Assembly (NCBI GenBank): GCA_951406725.2
Contig: OX597818.1
Coordinates: forward strand, 130,882,001 to 130,946,000
Direction: 5' to 3'
Length of the DNA: 64,000 nt
Source of the DNA: Octopus vulgaris
Lineage: Eukaryota
Shown here: positions 27,011 to 41,065 of the stretch, in pieces
Numbering within the stretch: the stretch's first letter is position 1
How the letters are laid out: each line of letters starts with the position of its first letter
Notes under the pieces: model-generated
Seen by the model: the letters and a program-made list of their open reading frames with translations, nothing else
Told to the model about the DNA's origin: nothing
Database searches by the model: none
Position numbers and translations under genes: made by a program

Positions 27011-27431
27011 CATCTGTACATCTTTGTTACTCATTTATATATATATATATATTAATAAATAAAATAAAACATATGCATATATATAAACTTATATGTACGT
27101 ACCTACCTCTACATGTACATATACACGCATATATGAGTACAGGACACCAAAAGGACGTCGAGCACAATGAGAAACGAAAACATAGACACAAACCAAAGGA
27201 ACTGGACATTTTTTTAAAAAACAGCAAAAAAATAGAGTACAGGACAATTAACACAAGGAACAAACCCCTTCTTCAGTCGCTAAAGGTTTCATCTACTCTA
27301 CGTTTCGAAGGATAAAAGCCAGACGTATCTTCGACAAGAAAACTTTCCTTCCCGCGAAAAGCAAATCAATTAAAATTCTGAGATCTTTTCGCAGAGGGGT
27401 AAAAAATGATAACAACAGGACAGTAACGACA

Positions 27432-27496
<65 letters not shown>

Positions 27497-27847
27497 CAGG
27501 GAGACAAGTAGACAGACAGACAGACAGACAGACAGATAGATAGATAGATAGATGAACAATTTTAAACACTTGGAATTTCATTTAATGAACTTGACAAGTT
27601 ACAAGGGAAGAATTTTGCTGGAAGATGAAATTAGTTATAATGTGATTGCCAAAAACAAATTGTAACTTCACTCTTCTTTGCTCATGCTCTAAAAATATGT
27701 AAATCTTATCTGGCAGAGCTCTAAGGAATGATTCTTGTAAATGTTATCTTTACCAATTTCCATAATTATATATTTCAACAAATATTTATCTTAGCTCAGA
27801 CTTTTCCAAGGAGTTTCTCACAGAGGAGACCAAATCAAGTTAAGAAC

Positions 27848-27915
27848 CATGTTTGAAATGAACCACAAGAGAAAGGCCTTGTGCTTTTACACACAGGTCG
27901 CTTTGAGGACATTCT
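27848..27915 (-). CDS. Candidate internal exon (ECPQSDLCVKAQGLSLVVHFKH)
   Basis: TATATTTCAG acceptor; weak G|GTTCTT donor; phases match both neighbouring candidate exons. Confidence 0.28.
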
Positions 27916-27942
27916 CTGAAATATAATACTACATTTATGTAG

Positions 27943-28326
27943 TGGAGACGCAATGGCCCAGTGGTTAGGGCAGCGGACTCGCGGTCATAGGATCGCGGTT
28001 TCGATTCCCAGACCGGGCGTTGTGAGTATTTATTGAGCGAAAACACCTAAAGCTCCACGAGGCTCCAGCAGGGGATGGTGGTGATCCCTGCTGTACTCTT
28101 TCACCACAACTTTCTCTCACTCTTACTTCCTGTTTCTGTCGTACCTGTATTTCAAAGGGCCGGCCTTGTCACTCTCTGTGTCATGCTGAATATCCCCGAA
28201 AACAACGTTAAGGGTACACGTGTCTGTGGAGTGCTCAGCCACTTACACGTTAATTTCACGAGCAAGCTGTTCTGTTGATTTGGATCAACTGGAACCCTCG
28301 TCATCGTAACCGACAGAGTGCTTCCC
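27943..28326 (+). mobile_element. SINE family D (tRNA-Arg-like head), with TSD
   Basis: AATGGCCCAGTGGTTAGGGCAGCGGACTCGCGGTC..GGTTTCGATTCCC; TSD AATACTACATTT at 27925-27936 and 28327-28338. Confidence 0.9.
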
Positions 28327-28379
28327 AATACTACATTTGTATTCACCAGTATGTGTGTGTGTGAGTGTGTAATTATGTG

Positions 28380-29470
28380 TGCGAAGGCTGGCAGAACCAG
28401 TGGAAATGCTATGTGACAAGGTGGAAGCGGTGAGATGGTTTGGATATTTGGGAGATAGGGTGGACATAAGTGGTGGATATGAAGTCATGGGAAGCACTCC
28501 GTCGGTTACGACGATGAGGGTTCCGGTTGATCCGAATCAACGGAACAGCCTGCTCGTGAAATTAACGTGTAAGTGGCTGAGCACTCCACAGACATGTGTA
28601 CCCTTAACGTAGTTCTCGGGATTATTCAGCGTGACACAGAAAGTGACAAGGCTGGCCCCTTGAAATACAGGTACAACAGAAACAGGAAGTAAGAGTGAGA
28701 GAAAGTTGTGGTGAAAGAGTAAGCAGGGATCACCACCATCCCCTGCCGGAGCCTCGTGGAGCTTTAGGTGTTTTCGCTCAATAAACACTCACAACGCCCA
28801 GTCTGGGAATCAAAACCGCGATCCCATGACCGCGAGTCCGCTGCCCTAACCACTGGGCCATTGCGCCTCCATGGATATGAAGTAGCTGTGACAGCAATAG
28901 TGAGTCTTGGTTCGGTGAAGTTCAGGGAATATGGAGCATTATTATATGGTAAAAGGTAGTTGAAGATGAAAGGAAGGGTTTATCGGAGTTGCGTGAGATC
29001 TGCAATGCAGTATGGGAGGGAGACATGGTGTCTAAGGGAAAGCAAAATGGCAATTTTGAGAAAGACTGAAAGAGCAATGATGAGAGCAATGTGTGGTGTG
29101 AAACTATTGGATAAAAGGAGGGCTGAGGACTTGATAAGGATGCTGGCGTTGGAGGAATCGGTGGAACAGCTGGCAAAGGTGAATGGAGTGTGGTGGTATG
29201 GACATGTGTTGAAGAGAGATGAGGAACATGTTCTGAGGAGACTGCTTGAGTTTAGAATGAATGAACCATGAAAGCGAGGTCGATCAAAGAAAATGTGGAG
29301 GGGACAGGTGGAGGAGGAGGAGATTGGGAGAGTTGGCTTGAGGTGGGAGGACGCCCAAAACCAGGTGAGATGCCAAGATGGTATAAGAGTGGTTGCTGCA
29401 AGGGTGAGGCAGGTCCGGCCACCTCTGTTAACGGGGACAAACTCGGATTTAAAATATTGGACATTGATGA
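28380..29470 (+). mobile_element. RTE-clade LINE 3' portion, decayed, interrupted by SINE D
   Basis: VEAVRWFGYLGD..KGRVYRSCVRSAMQYGRETW..ERAMMRAMCGV..WYGHVLKRDEEH..RGRSKKMW. Confidence 0.9.
28486..28871 (-). mobile_element. SINE D inserted in the RTE, 12-bp TSD
   Basis: TGGATATGAAGT at 28474-28485 and 28872-28883; reverse complement of 27943-28326. Confidence 0.92.
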
Positions 29471-29747
29471 ATATACAAATCGGTAAATGTGGGTACATAT
29501 ATTGTACATCTTTACTCCAAATATTGAGTTCTATGCAAAGTATTGTATGTTGAATTTATAACACACAGGTATATATTTCCCAAATATCCTCAGTATCTAT
29601 CTCTCCCCAACCATATGTGCATGTGTGTGTGTGTGTGTATACATCTATGTGTTTTAGACAGATATAACTTACACACACATAGAATAGATATGTGTAAGCA
29701 CATATTTAAAACCAAGCTGTGTACAAAATATAATTGTATATATATAT

Positions 29748-30153
29748 ACTCTTTTACTCTTTTACTTGTTTCAGTCAGTTGACTGTTGCCATGCTGGAGC
29801 ACCGCCTTTAGTCGAGCAACTCGACCCGGAACTTATTCTTTGTAAGCCCAGTACTTATTCCATCGGTCTCTTTTGCCGAACCGCTAAGTGACGGGGACAT
29901 AAACACACCAGCATCAGTTGTCAAGCAATGCTAGGGGAACAAACACAGACACACAAACACACACGCACACATATATATATATATACATATATACGATGAG
30001 CTTCTTTCAGTTTCCGTCTACCAAATCCACTCACAAGGCTTTGGTTGGCCCGAGGCTATAGTAGAAGACACTTGCCCAAGGTGCCACGCAGTGGGTTTGA
30101 AACTGGAACCATGTGGTTGGTAAGCAAGCTACTTACCACACAACCACTCCTGC

Positions 30154-30156
<3 letters not shown>
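29748..30156 (-). mobile_element. SINE B, full length
   Basis: Matches 14785-15180. Confidence 0.92.
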
Positions 30157-30189
<33 letters not shown>

Positions 30190-30385
30190 ATCATTTGTAG
30201 AAAACATAAATCCAGAGAAGAAGCACACTCTAAGATGTATAGCAATATATATTAAAAGTGGGGAAGGCCAGTTTATGGGATTACCCAGGGTTTCCTGGCC
30301 AAAAGAAAAGGGCACACATACATATATTCATGTATATTCATATACACTTCTGTATCTACACATGCATACACATACACACATGCAT

Positions 30386-30429
<44 letters not shown>

Positions 30430-30626
30430 CTATACATAAATACAAATATATGCGTTTGTATGTCTCTATGTACATATACTTGATATATACATGAGTAGAT
30501 ACGTATATGCGAGTGTATGTATGTATGCAAACACTCTATGTATGTAAGTATATATATTTATATACACAAACAGATGTGTACACACACAGGCACGTGCACC
30601 CATACACAAACACACACAGATATGTT

Positions 30627-30658
<32 letters not shown>

Positions 30659-30819
30659 GTGTGTGTGTGTGTGTAACATATCTGTGTGTGTTTGAGTATG
30701 TATATATATATATATATACACATCTAAGTTTACATATAAATATACTTACTTATATGGATAGAATGTGTTAGTATACATAGATACCTACTCATACACTCAC
30801 ATGCACCACACACACATCA

Positions 30820-30852
<33 letters not shown>

Positions 30853-31328
30853 CATACATCAAAGTTTACATATAAATATTCTTACTTATATGGGTAGAAT
30901 GTGTTAGTATACATAGATACCTACTCATACACTCACATGCACCACACACACATCAACACACACACGGACACACACACACACACAGACACACACACATATA
31001 TATATATATAGATTCTTACAATACATGTACTTATATATTATATGAATAAAAGATGTATGTATGCGCCCTTGTTGGATTTTCTATATTTAACTGCAAATCA
31101 ATACCAATGACAGAGAAATAGAGAAGGTTCTCCTTTCCTACGTTCTGATAAATGTTTATATTTATCTACTTTTATTACAAGAGTTAGCATGAAACAACAA
31201 AAACAATCACGTTTCCCCTTCATCAATCACAGCGAGCAGTTTACTTACACCACTTTTACAAGAAATACACACAACATACATAAGCATGTATGCACAAAGA
31301 CATGTATGGATATATGTGTGTGTGTGTG

Positions 31329-31514
<186 letters not shown>

Positions 31515-31542
31515 GTATATATATATATATATTATACATATG

Positions 31543-31577
<35 letters not shown>

Positions 31578-31663
31578 TATATATGTATATATATATATGG
31601 GTGTATACATATACATAATATATATGTATATATGTATCTGGGTGTATATATATGAAATACGTT

Positions 31664-31712
<49 letters not shown>

Positions 31713-31817
31713 GTTAAACGATGGTGATGATGATATATATATATATGTATACATATACATAATATATATGTATATATGTATCTGGGTGTGTATATATGAA
31801 ATACGTTTGTGTATGTG

Positions 31818-31849
<32 letters not shown>

Positions 31850-32194
31850 TATATTTATGCGTATCATCATCATCGGTTAGCGTCTGCCTTACATGCTAGC
31901 ATGGACATATGTGTTTGTATGTGTGTGGGTGTGTGTGTATGTGGGTGTGTGTGCACATGTGTATATATATACTCACACCCACATACATAAAATGTATGTA
32001 TAAATATACATACGTACATAAATTTAGTTTATATATGGCATGTGTGTGTGTCAAGATCATGATAAAATGGTCATTAAAACAGTGACAATATTGATGATGA
32101 TAATGATTGGTGTATACATATGTATATATACATATACATATGTACATACATATGTGTGTGTATATATGTTTTTTTTTTTTTTTATGTATGTATG

Positions 32195-32266
<72 letters not shown>

Positions 32267-32736
32267 AATACAGAAACACACAATACATTAATACATACAT
32301 CCAACCCCCACACAAGCACCTTTGTGGTCGGACAACACACCACAGCCTAACCTGCACACCAACTAGCCATGCCAACCAACCATACCATCTGAGATGTGTG
32401 GCCATATGTATATATATAGATATATATGTATATAAAATTTATCTGTTTATTGATATTTATATACATACATATACATACATATATTTACAGATATATATAT
32501 ATATAGAGAGAGAGAGATACACACAAGTACACACATATTATATATATATATATGAGTATGCATACTTAGTTTTGCACATGTACGCTTTTACATATACATA
32601 CATATATGAGTAAGTATATATATAGATGTGTGTGTATATATATGTTTATATATATTTGAATATATTTATATATAAATATATATCTGTATATATATATATA
32701 TATATATATATCTTTAAATATATATATATATATCTT

Positions 32737-32783
<47 letters not shown>

Positions 32784-33170
32784 GTATATATATATATATA
32801 AATATATGCATATGGATGCATATTCATTTATATATGTGGTCACAAAATACGCATTTATACATATACATATATCTTTATATGAATGTGTGTGTGTGTATGT
32901 TATACAAACATGCATATATATATGTATATACAGGAAGTGTCTACATCTTATGAAAGTAGCCATAATTTAGTTGGACACGAACAACCAGTTTTCAGTTCGT
33001 GATGTCCATTGAAGCAACTGTCCGAGGTATGCTTAGTCACGGATAGATGTGAGAGAAAGGGAAGTACATTATAGAGGTCAGAGCATGGTGCTACGAGTAT
33101 ATATGTGTGTGTGTGGGTGGGTGGGGTGGTGTTGGTATATATGTGTGAGTGAGAGCATGAGTGGGAAGGG

Positions 33171-33175
<5 letters not shown>

Positions 33176-33219
<44 letters not shown>

Positions 33220-33230
33220 TGATAGGATAG

Positions 33231-33306
<76 letters not shown>

Positions 33307-33358
33307 TGATAGATGGATGGATGGATAGATAGATAGGATAGGATAGAGATAGACAGAC

Positions 33359-33423
<65 letters not shown>

Positions 33424-33479
33424 TGATAGGATAGGATAGAGATAGATAGATTTGATAGGATAGAGATAGATAGATAGAC

Positions 33480-33524
<45 letters not shown>

Positions 33525-33550
33525 CATAGATAGATAGATAGATAGATAAA
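33176..33550. repeat. (GATA)n microsatellite
   Basis: Direct reading. Confidence 0.97.
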
Positions 33551-33991
33551 TAGAAGGAGAGAGAGAGAGAAATGGAAAATTGCGAGTGATAATGAAAAAC
33601 AGGTAGAACTGTGCTAGGGTAAATGTCAGCTGAGTGAAAGAGGGAAATATTGAGAAGGTGATTGGGTAGAGAGATGGGTTATGGATTGAGGATAGGATAA
33701 GAGAAGAGGAAAGATAGAGAGGGGGAGAAAGAGAGGGATAGGGGTGATGGTGGGATGTAGGTAAATAAATATATACATAGGTAAGGCATGGAGGGAAACA
33801 TTCATAAGGCATGACTGTGTATGTGTGTGCATGTTTGTTTTTGCTTAAGTATGTATGCATGTGCTTGGCTATGAAGATGTGTATGTACAGTGACTGAGTT
33901 TATATTTACATATACATATATACACACAACCACATACACATGCATACATGCAATATGCATATGTATATATATATATATATGTATATAAATG

Positions 33992-34032
<41 letters not shown>

Positions 34033-34041
34033 GTATGTATG

Positions 34042-34086
<45 letters not shown>

Positions 34087-34214
34087 ATGAGTATATATGT
34101 ATCATGAATATTTACATATGCATACATATAAATATTATGCAGTTATGAGTATAAACATATATATGTACTTATAAATGTATGTGTACATAAGTGGATGTAT
34201 ATAAATATAACATA

Positions 34215-34245
<31 letters not shown>

Positions 34246-35503
34246 TACATATACAGACACATGTGTATATATATATATATATATGTGCGTGTGCATGTGT
34301 GTGTGCATATATCCATATCTATATATATATACAAATACATAGTTTACATATATACATATGCATAGTTTACAGCAAATGTGGTGTTCAAATCCCAAAGTCG
34401 ATGTTACCACTTTTTTCCCTATCTACTTTATTACTGTATCAGATGTATATGTAAATGCTTATATGTACACATATATGTGTATGTGTACCTACATAGATAT
34501 ATATATATATATATGTATTTGTGTTTCTGTGTGTGTCAAGAGTCACATGTGTGTTTGTGTGTGAATCAATACATTTGTCCGTGTATGTATGTACGTAGGT
34601 GTAATTTAATAGATCAATGTATGTGTATGTGTGAATATATGAATGTATGCTGGTGACATGTTTGAATACACACACATGGAAGAAAGAGTTTGAATGTGTG
34701 TATCTATGTAACATACTTACTTGTGTACATGCCTGTGTGTGTGTATATGTGTGTGTGTGCATGTGTATGTGCTACTGATGCTGGCTGTGAAATGTGTAGA
34801 GAATGGCAAAAGTCGTATTGCAAGGACAGATGGACAATGCAAGGAAAAGGTTGGTGTGAGGAGAGAATTGTCTGTGTTAGTAAAGGATACGTGGATCTAG
34901 GGTGGCTGAAGGCTGAAGTTGGTCAGTGAATGTGAGTCCATTAAGTAGACTAGAAACTAGTCACTGACCATTCCATGGCTTAAGGAGAAAAGAGGGAGAG
35001 AAAGACATTAGAGAGAAGAGAAAGTGATGGAAAAATGAGACAAAGACAATTTGTGTGGTTGTACTTGTGTGTGTGTGTGTGTATGTGTGTATGTGTGTGT
35101 GCATATATATATATATACATATATACACATATATATGTATGTATGTATATACTCAAACACACTTTTCCATATTTATATATTTATAGTATATGTACACATT
35201 GAAAAACCTTACACATACACACATTCATAAATGTGTGTGTGTGTAAAGGGAAAGAAAGAGGAAACATTGGGAAAGGTTCAGAGAGAAATGATAACATGTG
35301 TGGGGAATGGATGATTAACAGAATGAGAGAACACTGAAAGAAATTATAAGCCTTGGTGTCTTATTGAATCTATAATATACAAAGCAGCAGGACTGCACTG
35401 AGCAATGACAAAGGTTTTACAGTCTTGGACAATGAATTCACAATATAGTTTATGTAGCATTTTGCACATCTGTCTGTCTAGTAAGATATTCAATAGCACT
35501 CAC

Positions 35504-35547
35504 TGAAATTGAGTATTAGCCCCTCTTATATGATCTACTATTCTCAG
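35504..35547 (-). CDS. Candidate internal exon (LRIVDHIRGANTQF(Q))
   Basis: ATCAG acceptor, strong CA|GTGAGT donor; phase 2 joins the 27915 exon as CAA. Confidence 0.3.
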
Positions 35548-36033
35548 CTGATATTCTTATGACAAAATTCAAGGCAGTATATTTGATATGTAAATTTAGA
35601 AGCATGTTATTTATATTTGCATGTGGATGTGTGTATGTATCAATATCTGGAGTTGGAGTTGGGAAATTTAGCAGAGAGAATACAGGGTTGACGAACCTAA
35701 TCAGTTCTGTTGAGAGCAAAGCAACATCTAAGATGCTGGTACAAAATACCCTCTGCACATTATGCAAAGTGTTTGCTGTCGTATAGGGGATCCATCTGTA
35801 GAAACCATGGCAAAACTGAATTGCTGGTGCAAGATGTGTTCCTCCAATCCATTGGCTCTTCTCCAACTATCCAATCCATGCCAGCATAGATTACAGATGG
35901 AAAATAATATGATAATGATGACGATAAATGTATGTCTGAATTGCCTAATATACATACACACACACAAACACACACATATATATATATATATATGAATAAA
36001 TAAATGGAGTTTAACGCAGGTGTAAATCAAATA

Positions 36034-36130
36034 TTTTTACTTTCGACACATGTTTCAAAAATTCCACTGATACTATTCAAAAGAATAAATGGTATAAACA
36101 ATGCAATCTTCTCTTCGGGAAAGTGAAAAA
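36034..36130 (-). ncRNA. Minimal type I hammerhead motif (U4C variant) in the Penelope 3' pLTR
   Basis: Minus strand: ACTTTC CCGAAGA GAAGATT...AATTTTT GAAAC ATGT GTC GAAAGT; helix I ACTTTC/GAAAGT, palindromic ACATGT helix III, GUC site. Confidence 0.72.
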
Positions 36131-36326
36131 AATGAAAATTCATCAATAAGACATTTTAGCAAAAAATGATGGATTTGTATAGCGATAGACAGAACGCTAT
36201 TAATATCGTTTAAAAAAACGTTATATGATATAACGTCATAAGTAGCTAACAGAAAGAGTAGGGATATTAATAGTGAATGTTAAATATAAAGGAAATTAAA
36301 GTTTAAATTATATATAATGATAGGGA

Positions 36327-36530
36327 CTACTTATATGCACTAAATGTGTGTTTTTGCCAATGTTTACATCTGTATGCTCGCTCTATAACCGTGTTTACTA
36401 GGGGATTTTTAGAAAAAATAATGAAAAATAGCTCAGAATTGCAGAGAAGACAGAATTCCTTGCCTTTTTCATAAGGTATCGAGATTGAGAGAATCAACCA
36501 TTCTAAATGAAATTGTTGATTGTGGTCTTT
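36327..36530 (-). pseudogene. Penelope-like element ORF C-terminus (end of GIY-YIG endonuclease region), 5'-truncated
   Basis: Uninterrupted KDHNQQFHLEWLILSISIPYEKGKEFCLLCNSELFFIIFSKNPLVNTVIERAYRCKHWQKHTFSAYK* (W.I....PY...C.LC..E...N......C.H pattern). Confidence 0.82.
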
Positions 36531-37169
36531 TATATATTATACATGTTTTATATATGCATAGTATACATATATATATTATATATATTGCACATGTATTATA
36601 TATGGCACATAAAAGCACCCATTACACACTCAGAATGGTTGGCATTAGGAAGGGCATCTAGCATGCCAAATCAGACTGGAGTCTGGTGGAGCCTTCCAGC
36701 TTGCCAGCCCTAGTCAAACCTTCCAACCCATGCCAGCATGGACAACGGGCGCTAAATGATGATGATGATGATGATGATGATACACATACTTCAAGTTTTG
36801 CAGGTCCCTGATGGAAGCCCGACTCCTTCCAGTTTGGTAGCTGTGGCCAGTCAGAGAGTTGCACACCCATAAAGTGCTTAGCTGCATAGGGGACTTGTCA
36901 GCCTCAAGGAAATATTTCTTTATACATATGTGTGTGAACGTGAGTGTGTAAAACAATGTGGACTAACTTATGAATAAAAGTATGTTTATGATATAAAAAT
37001 ATCTTGGTGTTTATATGTACATAAAAACTTATAGAGAAAATGTTAATAATTACATTTTTCAAACTTTGCTTTCCTCTCATTTAATACTTCAGTACTGCTT
37101 TGTCCAAATATTAATAATCGTACATATAATAAAGTGTAATGTGTGTCTTGTCAGCCACACTGGTATTAA

Positions 37170-37755
37170 GTGGTGATGTGGTAAGAAGCTTGCTTCTCAA
37201 CCGCATAGTTTCCAGTTCAGTTCCACTGCATGGTGCTTTAGGTATGAGTCTTCCACTAAAGCCTTCGGCCAACCAAAGCATTGAGTGGATTTGGTTGATG
37301 GAAACTGAAAGAAACCCTCCATATATGTCAATGTGCATGTATGTTTGTGTTTGTTTCCCACCACCGCTTTACAACTGGTGTCGGCGTGTTTGTATCCCTG
37401 TAACTTAGCAGTTCAGCAAAAGACATCAATACAACATGTACCAGGTTTAAAATATCTTATGTACTAGGGTCAATTCAACCAAAGCATTGAGTGGATTTGG
37501 TTGACGGAAACTGAAAGAAGCCCTTCATATATATCAATGTGCATGTGGGTTTGTGTTTATTCCCCACCACCACTTTACAACTGGTGTTGGCGTATTTGCA
37601 TCCCTGTAACTTAGCAGTTCAGCAAAAGACATCAACACAACATGTACCACGTTTAAAAACCTATGTACTAGGGTCAATTTATTTGACTCAAAACTTTTTC
37701 ATAGTAGTGCCCCAACATGGCCACAATCTAATGATTGAAACAAGCAAAAGATGAA
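37170..37755 (+). mobile_element. Old SINE B with an internal ~206-bp tandem duplication (37270-37475 / 37476-37680)
   Basis: CAACCAAAGCATTGAGTGGATTTGGTTGA...TATGTACTAGGGTCAATT occurs twice in tandem. Confidence 0.85.
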
Positions 37756-38137
37756 AGATATATATATACAGAGGGGCTTCTTTCTGTTTCCATCCATTAA
37801 ATTCACTTACAAGTCTTTGGTTGCCCAGTCACGAGAACCATGCAGCTGGAAAGCAACCTACCTACATCCACACCTGTGCCTCCCAACACACACACATACA
37901 CACACAATGTGTACTATACACACAATTTGCTCCAACAATTTGTCACTCGATCTGTTTTTTTAAGCGTATGTAGTTTGTGTGTTGTTTTTAGAGTTGTTTT
38001 GTACATCAAAATGGCAACATTGAAATAACAATATTTTAAATGTGCACTTTCTCTATTGCATATACTAACTGGAGCATTGGGATATATTTTGTGTTGCCTG
38101 AAAATATTTTGTATGGAATATACAATTATCCACCCTC

Positions 38138-38222
<85 letters not shown>

Positions 38223-38237
38223 CATACATATATAATG

Positions 38238-38272
<35 letters not shown>

Positions 38273-38303
38273 ATGTATATATATATACATGTATATATAT
38301 ATG

Positions 38304-38378
<75 letters not shown>

Positions 38379-38568
38379 GATAGATAGATAGATAGATAGA
38401 TAACAGACAGACATATATATGGATGTGTATGTGTGCACATATCTATATCTATGAATCTATATCCAAATGTGTGTGTGTGTACATTGAAATATATACATTA
38501 TATATATGTATGTATACATGTACGTATATCTATCAGTATGTATGTATGTATATATGTATGTATGTATG

Positions 38569-38611
<43 letters not shown>

Positions 38612-39170
38612 ACATGTATATAAGTACATGAACATTTATGCTTGTGTATACACACATACACATATCTATGCATATATATATACATATATATATATGTGTG
38701 TGTGTGTGTGCATGTATGTATATGTATGCATATACATATATCTATAGCTATCTATCAATCCATATATATATATATTTATATACAGATATATGTACATGTG
38801 TGTAAGAGTATAAATATTTATATATAATTATGTAAGTATGTTTCAGTCAGAGGATAAAAAATATGGGTTCATTTTGAAATGATTTCGTTTGCTTTGGTCC
38901 ATTGTGAGCTTATCTTTTCATTTATTTTTCTTTTCCCCACTTTTTTTTTGTCAGAAACTCTACCATTTTTTCACCCTCCATTGCTATTATAGTTTTTTTT
39001 TTAACACCCATCAACAATACATGAACTAAAAGAAGAGCATCATAAAAAGAAAGTTAACACAATTGGAAACAAATAAGTATATTCAATAGAAGAGAAACGT
39101 ATAAATATATGGTGCAAAAAAATCTTTATATAAAGCAATTGTGATAAAATAAATCAAAAGATATATACAT

Positions 39171-39229
<59 letters not shown>

Positions 39230-39536
39230 ATGTGTGTATTTATGATGTATGTGTATATATATATATACAATGTGTGTATTTATGTATGTATGCATTATAT
39301 ATATATTTATATATACATATGTATCATCATCATCATCATCATCATCGTTTAACGTCCGCTTTCCAATATAAATATATATATGCATATAAATATATATATA
39401 TGTATATATATGTGTATATATGCATATAAATATATATATGTATATATATATATGTGCATATAAATATATATGTATGTATGTATGTATGTACGTGTATGTA
39501 TTTTTCAAATCTTTTTTTATCATTTGTATGTGTGTG

Positions 39537-39575
<39 letters not shown>

Positions 39576-40090
39576 TAAATTGGTAAAAAATTTGTAACAA
39601 ATGTGCAGGGGATAATGTTTTTGTATGGAGACTTGTAACCGCAGAAAATGTCATGCATTGATACGAAAAATAATAATAATTTGGAAAGTTATTGAACCGT
39701 CAGTGGGGTGGAATGGTAACGACAGATGAAATGCAATGAAAGATGCTTTGTAAGGGAAATATGAAGACAGTAAAAGACAAATGTTTTGTGGGAGCCGTGT
39801 GTATTTGTAAGTGTGAGTGTGTATGTGTGTGAAAGAGAGAGAAGATGAGAAAGAGAGAAAGTGGGGGAGAAAGAGAGAGAGAGACAGAGATATATATATA
39901 TAGAGAGAGAGAGTATGCAGTTTATAAAATGGGTTTTGCTCTTGGAAAATCAACAGAATTGTATTGGATGTAAGAAATGGATTTATGATGAGAGAAAGAC
40001 ATATTTCTTAGGATATATATACATACATATATATTTCCTTCTTGGTTATTGTGTGTGAGTGTTTATATAGACAGATAGATAGATAGATAA

Positions 40091-40216
40091 ATAGACAGAT
40101 AAAAATAGATGTGGCTGGTCTGTGGGGTTACTCTGGGTTTCACGTCCATAAAGTGCTTAGCTTTACAGTGAAACCCAGGGTAACCCCATAGACTGGTCAT
40201 ATCTATATTTGTCTAT
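40091..40216. repeat. Fold-back hairpin (~50-bp arms) of a repeat also seen at 30190-30300
   Basis: ATAGATGTGGCTGGTCTGTGGGGTTACTCTGGGTTTCAC / GTGAAACCCAGGGTAACCCCATAGACTGGTCATATCTAT. Confidence 0.82.
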
Positions 40217-40532
40217 ATATTCTATATTCTACTGCTCTATAACTTAGAGTGCACTTCTCTTTCAGATCTAAGATTTACTGACAATATATGTATACATATA
40301 TATAACACATATGTGTATGTGTGTATATATATATATCACGTGATCACGTGACCGACCAGACCATCAGATGTTGTTACACATCGCTGGTCACAATGCGTTC
40401 GCATTGTTTTTTAGCCTTCGAATGACGCCACCCCTCTGGCTAAGTGAGCAGGCCAACAGAAGAAAGAGTGGGAGAAAGAGTGGTGAAAGAGTACAGCAGG
40501 GATCACCACCCCCTGCCGGAGATCACCACCCC

Positions 40533-40564
<32 letters not shown>

Positions 40565-40567
<3 letters not shown>

Positions 40568-41030
40568 TCATCACCATCGTTTAACGTCTGCTTTCCATGT
40601 TAGCATGGGTGGGACGACTTTGACTGAGGGCTGGTGAACCAGATGACTGCACCAGGCTCCAATCTTGATCTAGCAGAGTTTCTACAGCTGGATGCCCTTC
40701 CTAACACCAACCACTCCGTGAGTGTAGTGGGTGCTTTTTACATGCCACCGGTGCGGGGCCAGCCAGGCAGTACTGGCAATGACCTCGCTCAAATCTTTTT
40801 ACACATGCCACCGGCACAGGTGCCAGTAAGGCAACGCTGGTAACGATCATGCTCGAATGGTGCCTTTTACATGCCACCGACATGGAAGCCAGTTAGCAGC
40901 TCTGGCAACGATAACACTCAGATGGTGCTCTTGGCACCCTACTAGCACGGGCACAAGTGCCAGTAAGGCGACGCTGGTAACGATCACACTTGAATGGTGC
41001 CTTTTATGTGCCACTTCCTAACGCCAACCA
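40565..41030 (-). mobile_element. Repeat family C with VNTR
   Basis: Same VNTR subtype as 46432-46815 and 59890-60320. Confidence 0.87.
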
Positions 41031-41032
41031 CT

Positions 41033-41063
<31 letters not shown>

Positions 41064-41065
41064 GG

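Noticed and set aside
27943-28015. tRNA-Arg(TCG)-like sequence
   Set aside because: It is the head of SINE D, followed by body and TSD; no clean cloverleaf
32970-33030. GGACACGAAC/GTTCGTGATGTCC hairpin and possible micro-exon (TTTTCAG..GAG|GTATGC)
   Set aside because: Stem too short for a miRNA call; exon cannot be linked to others
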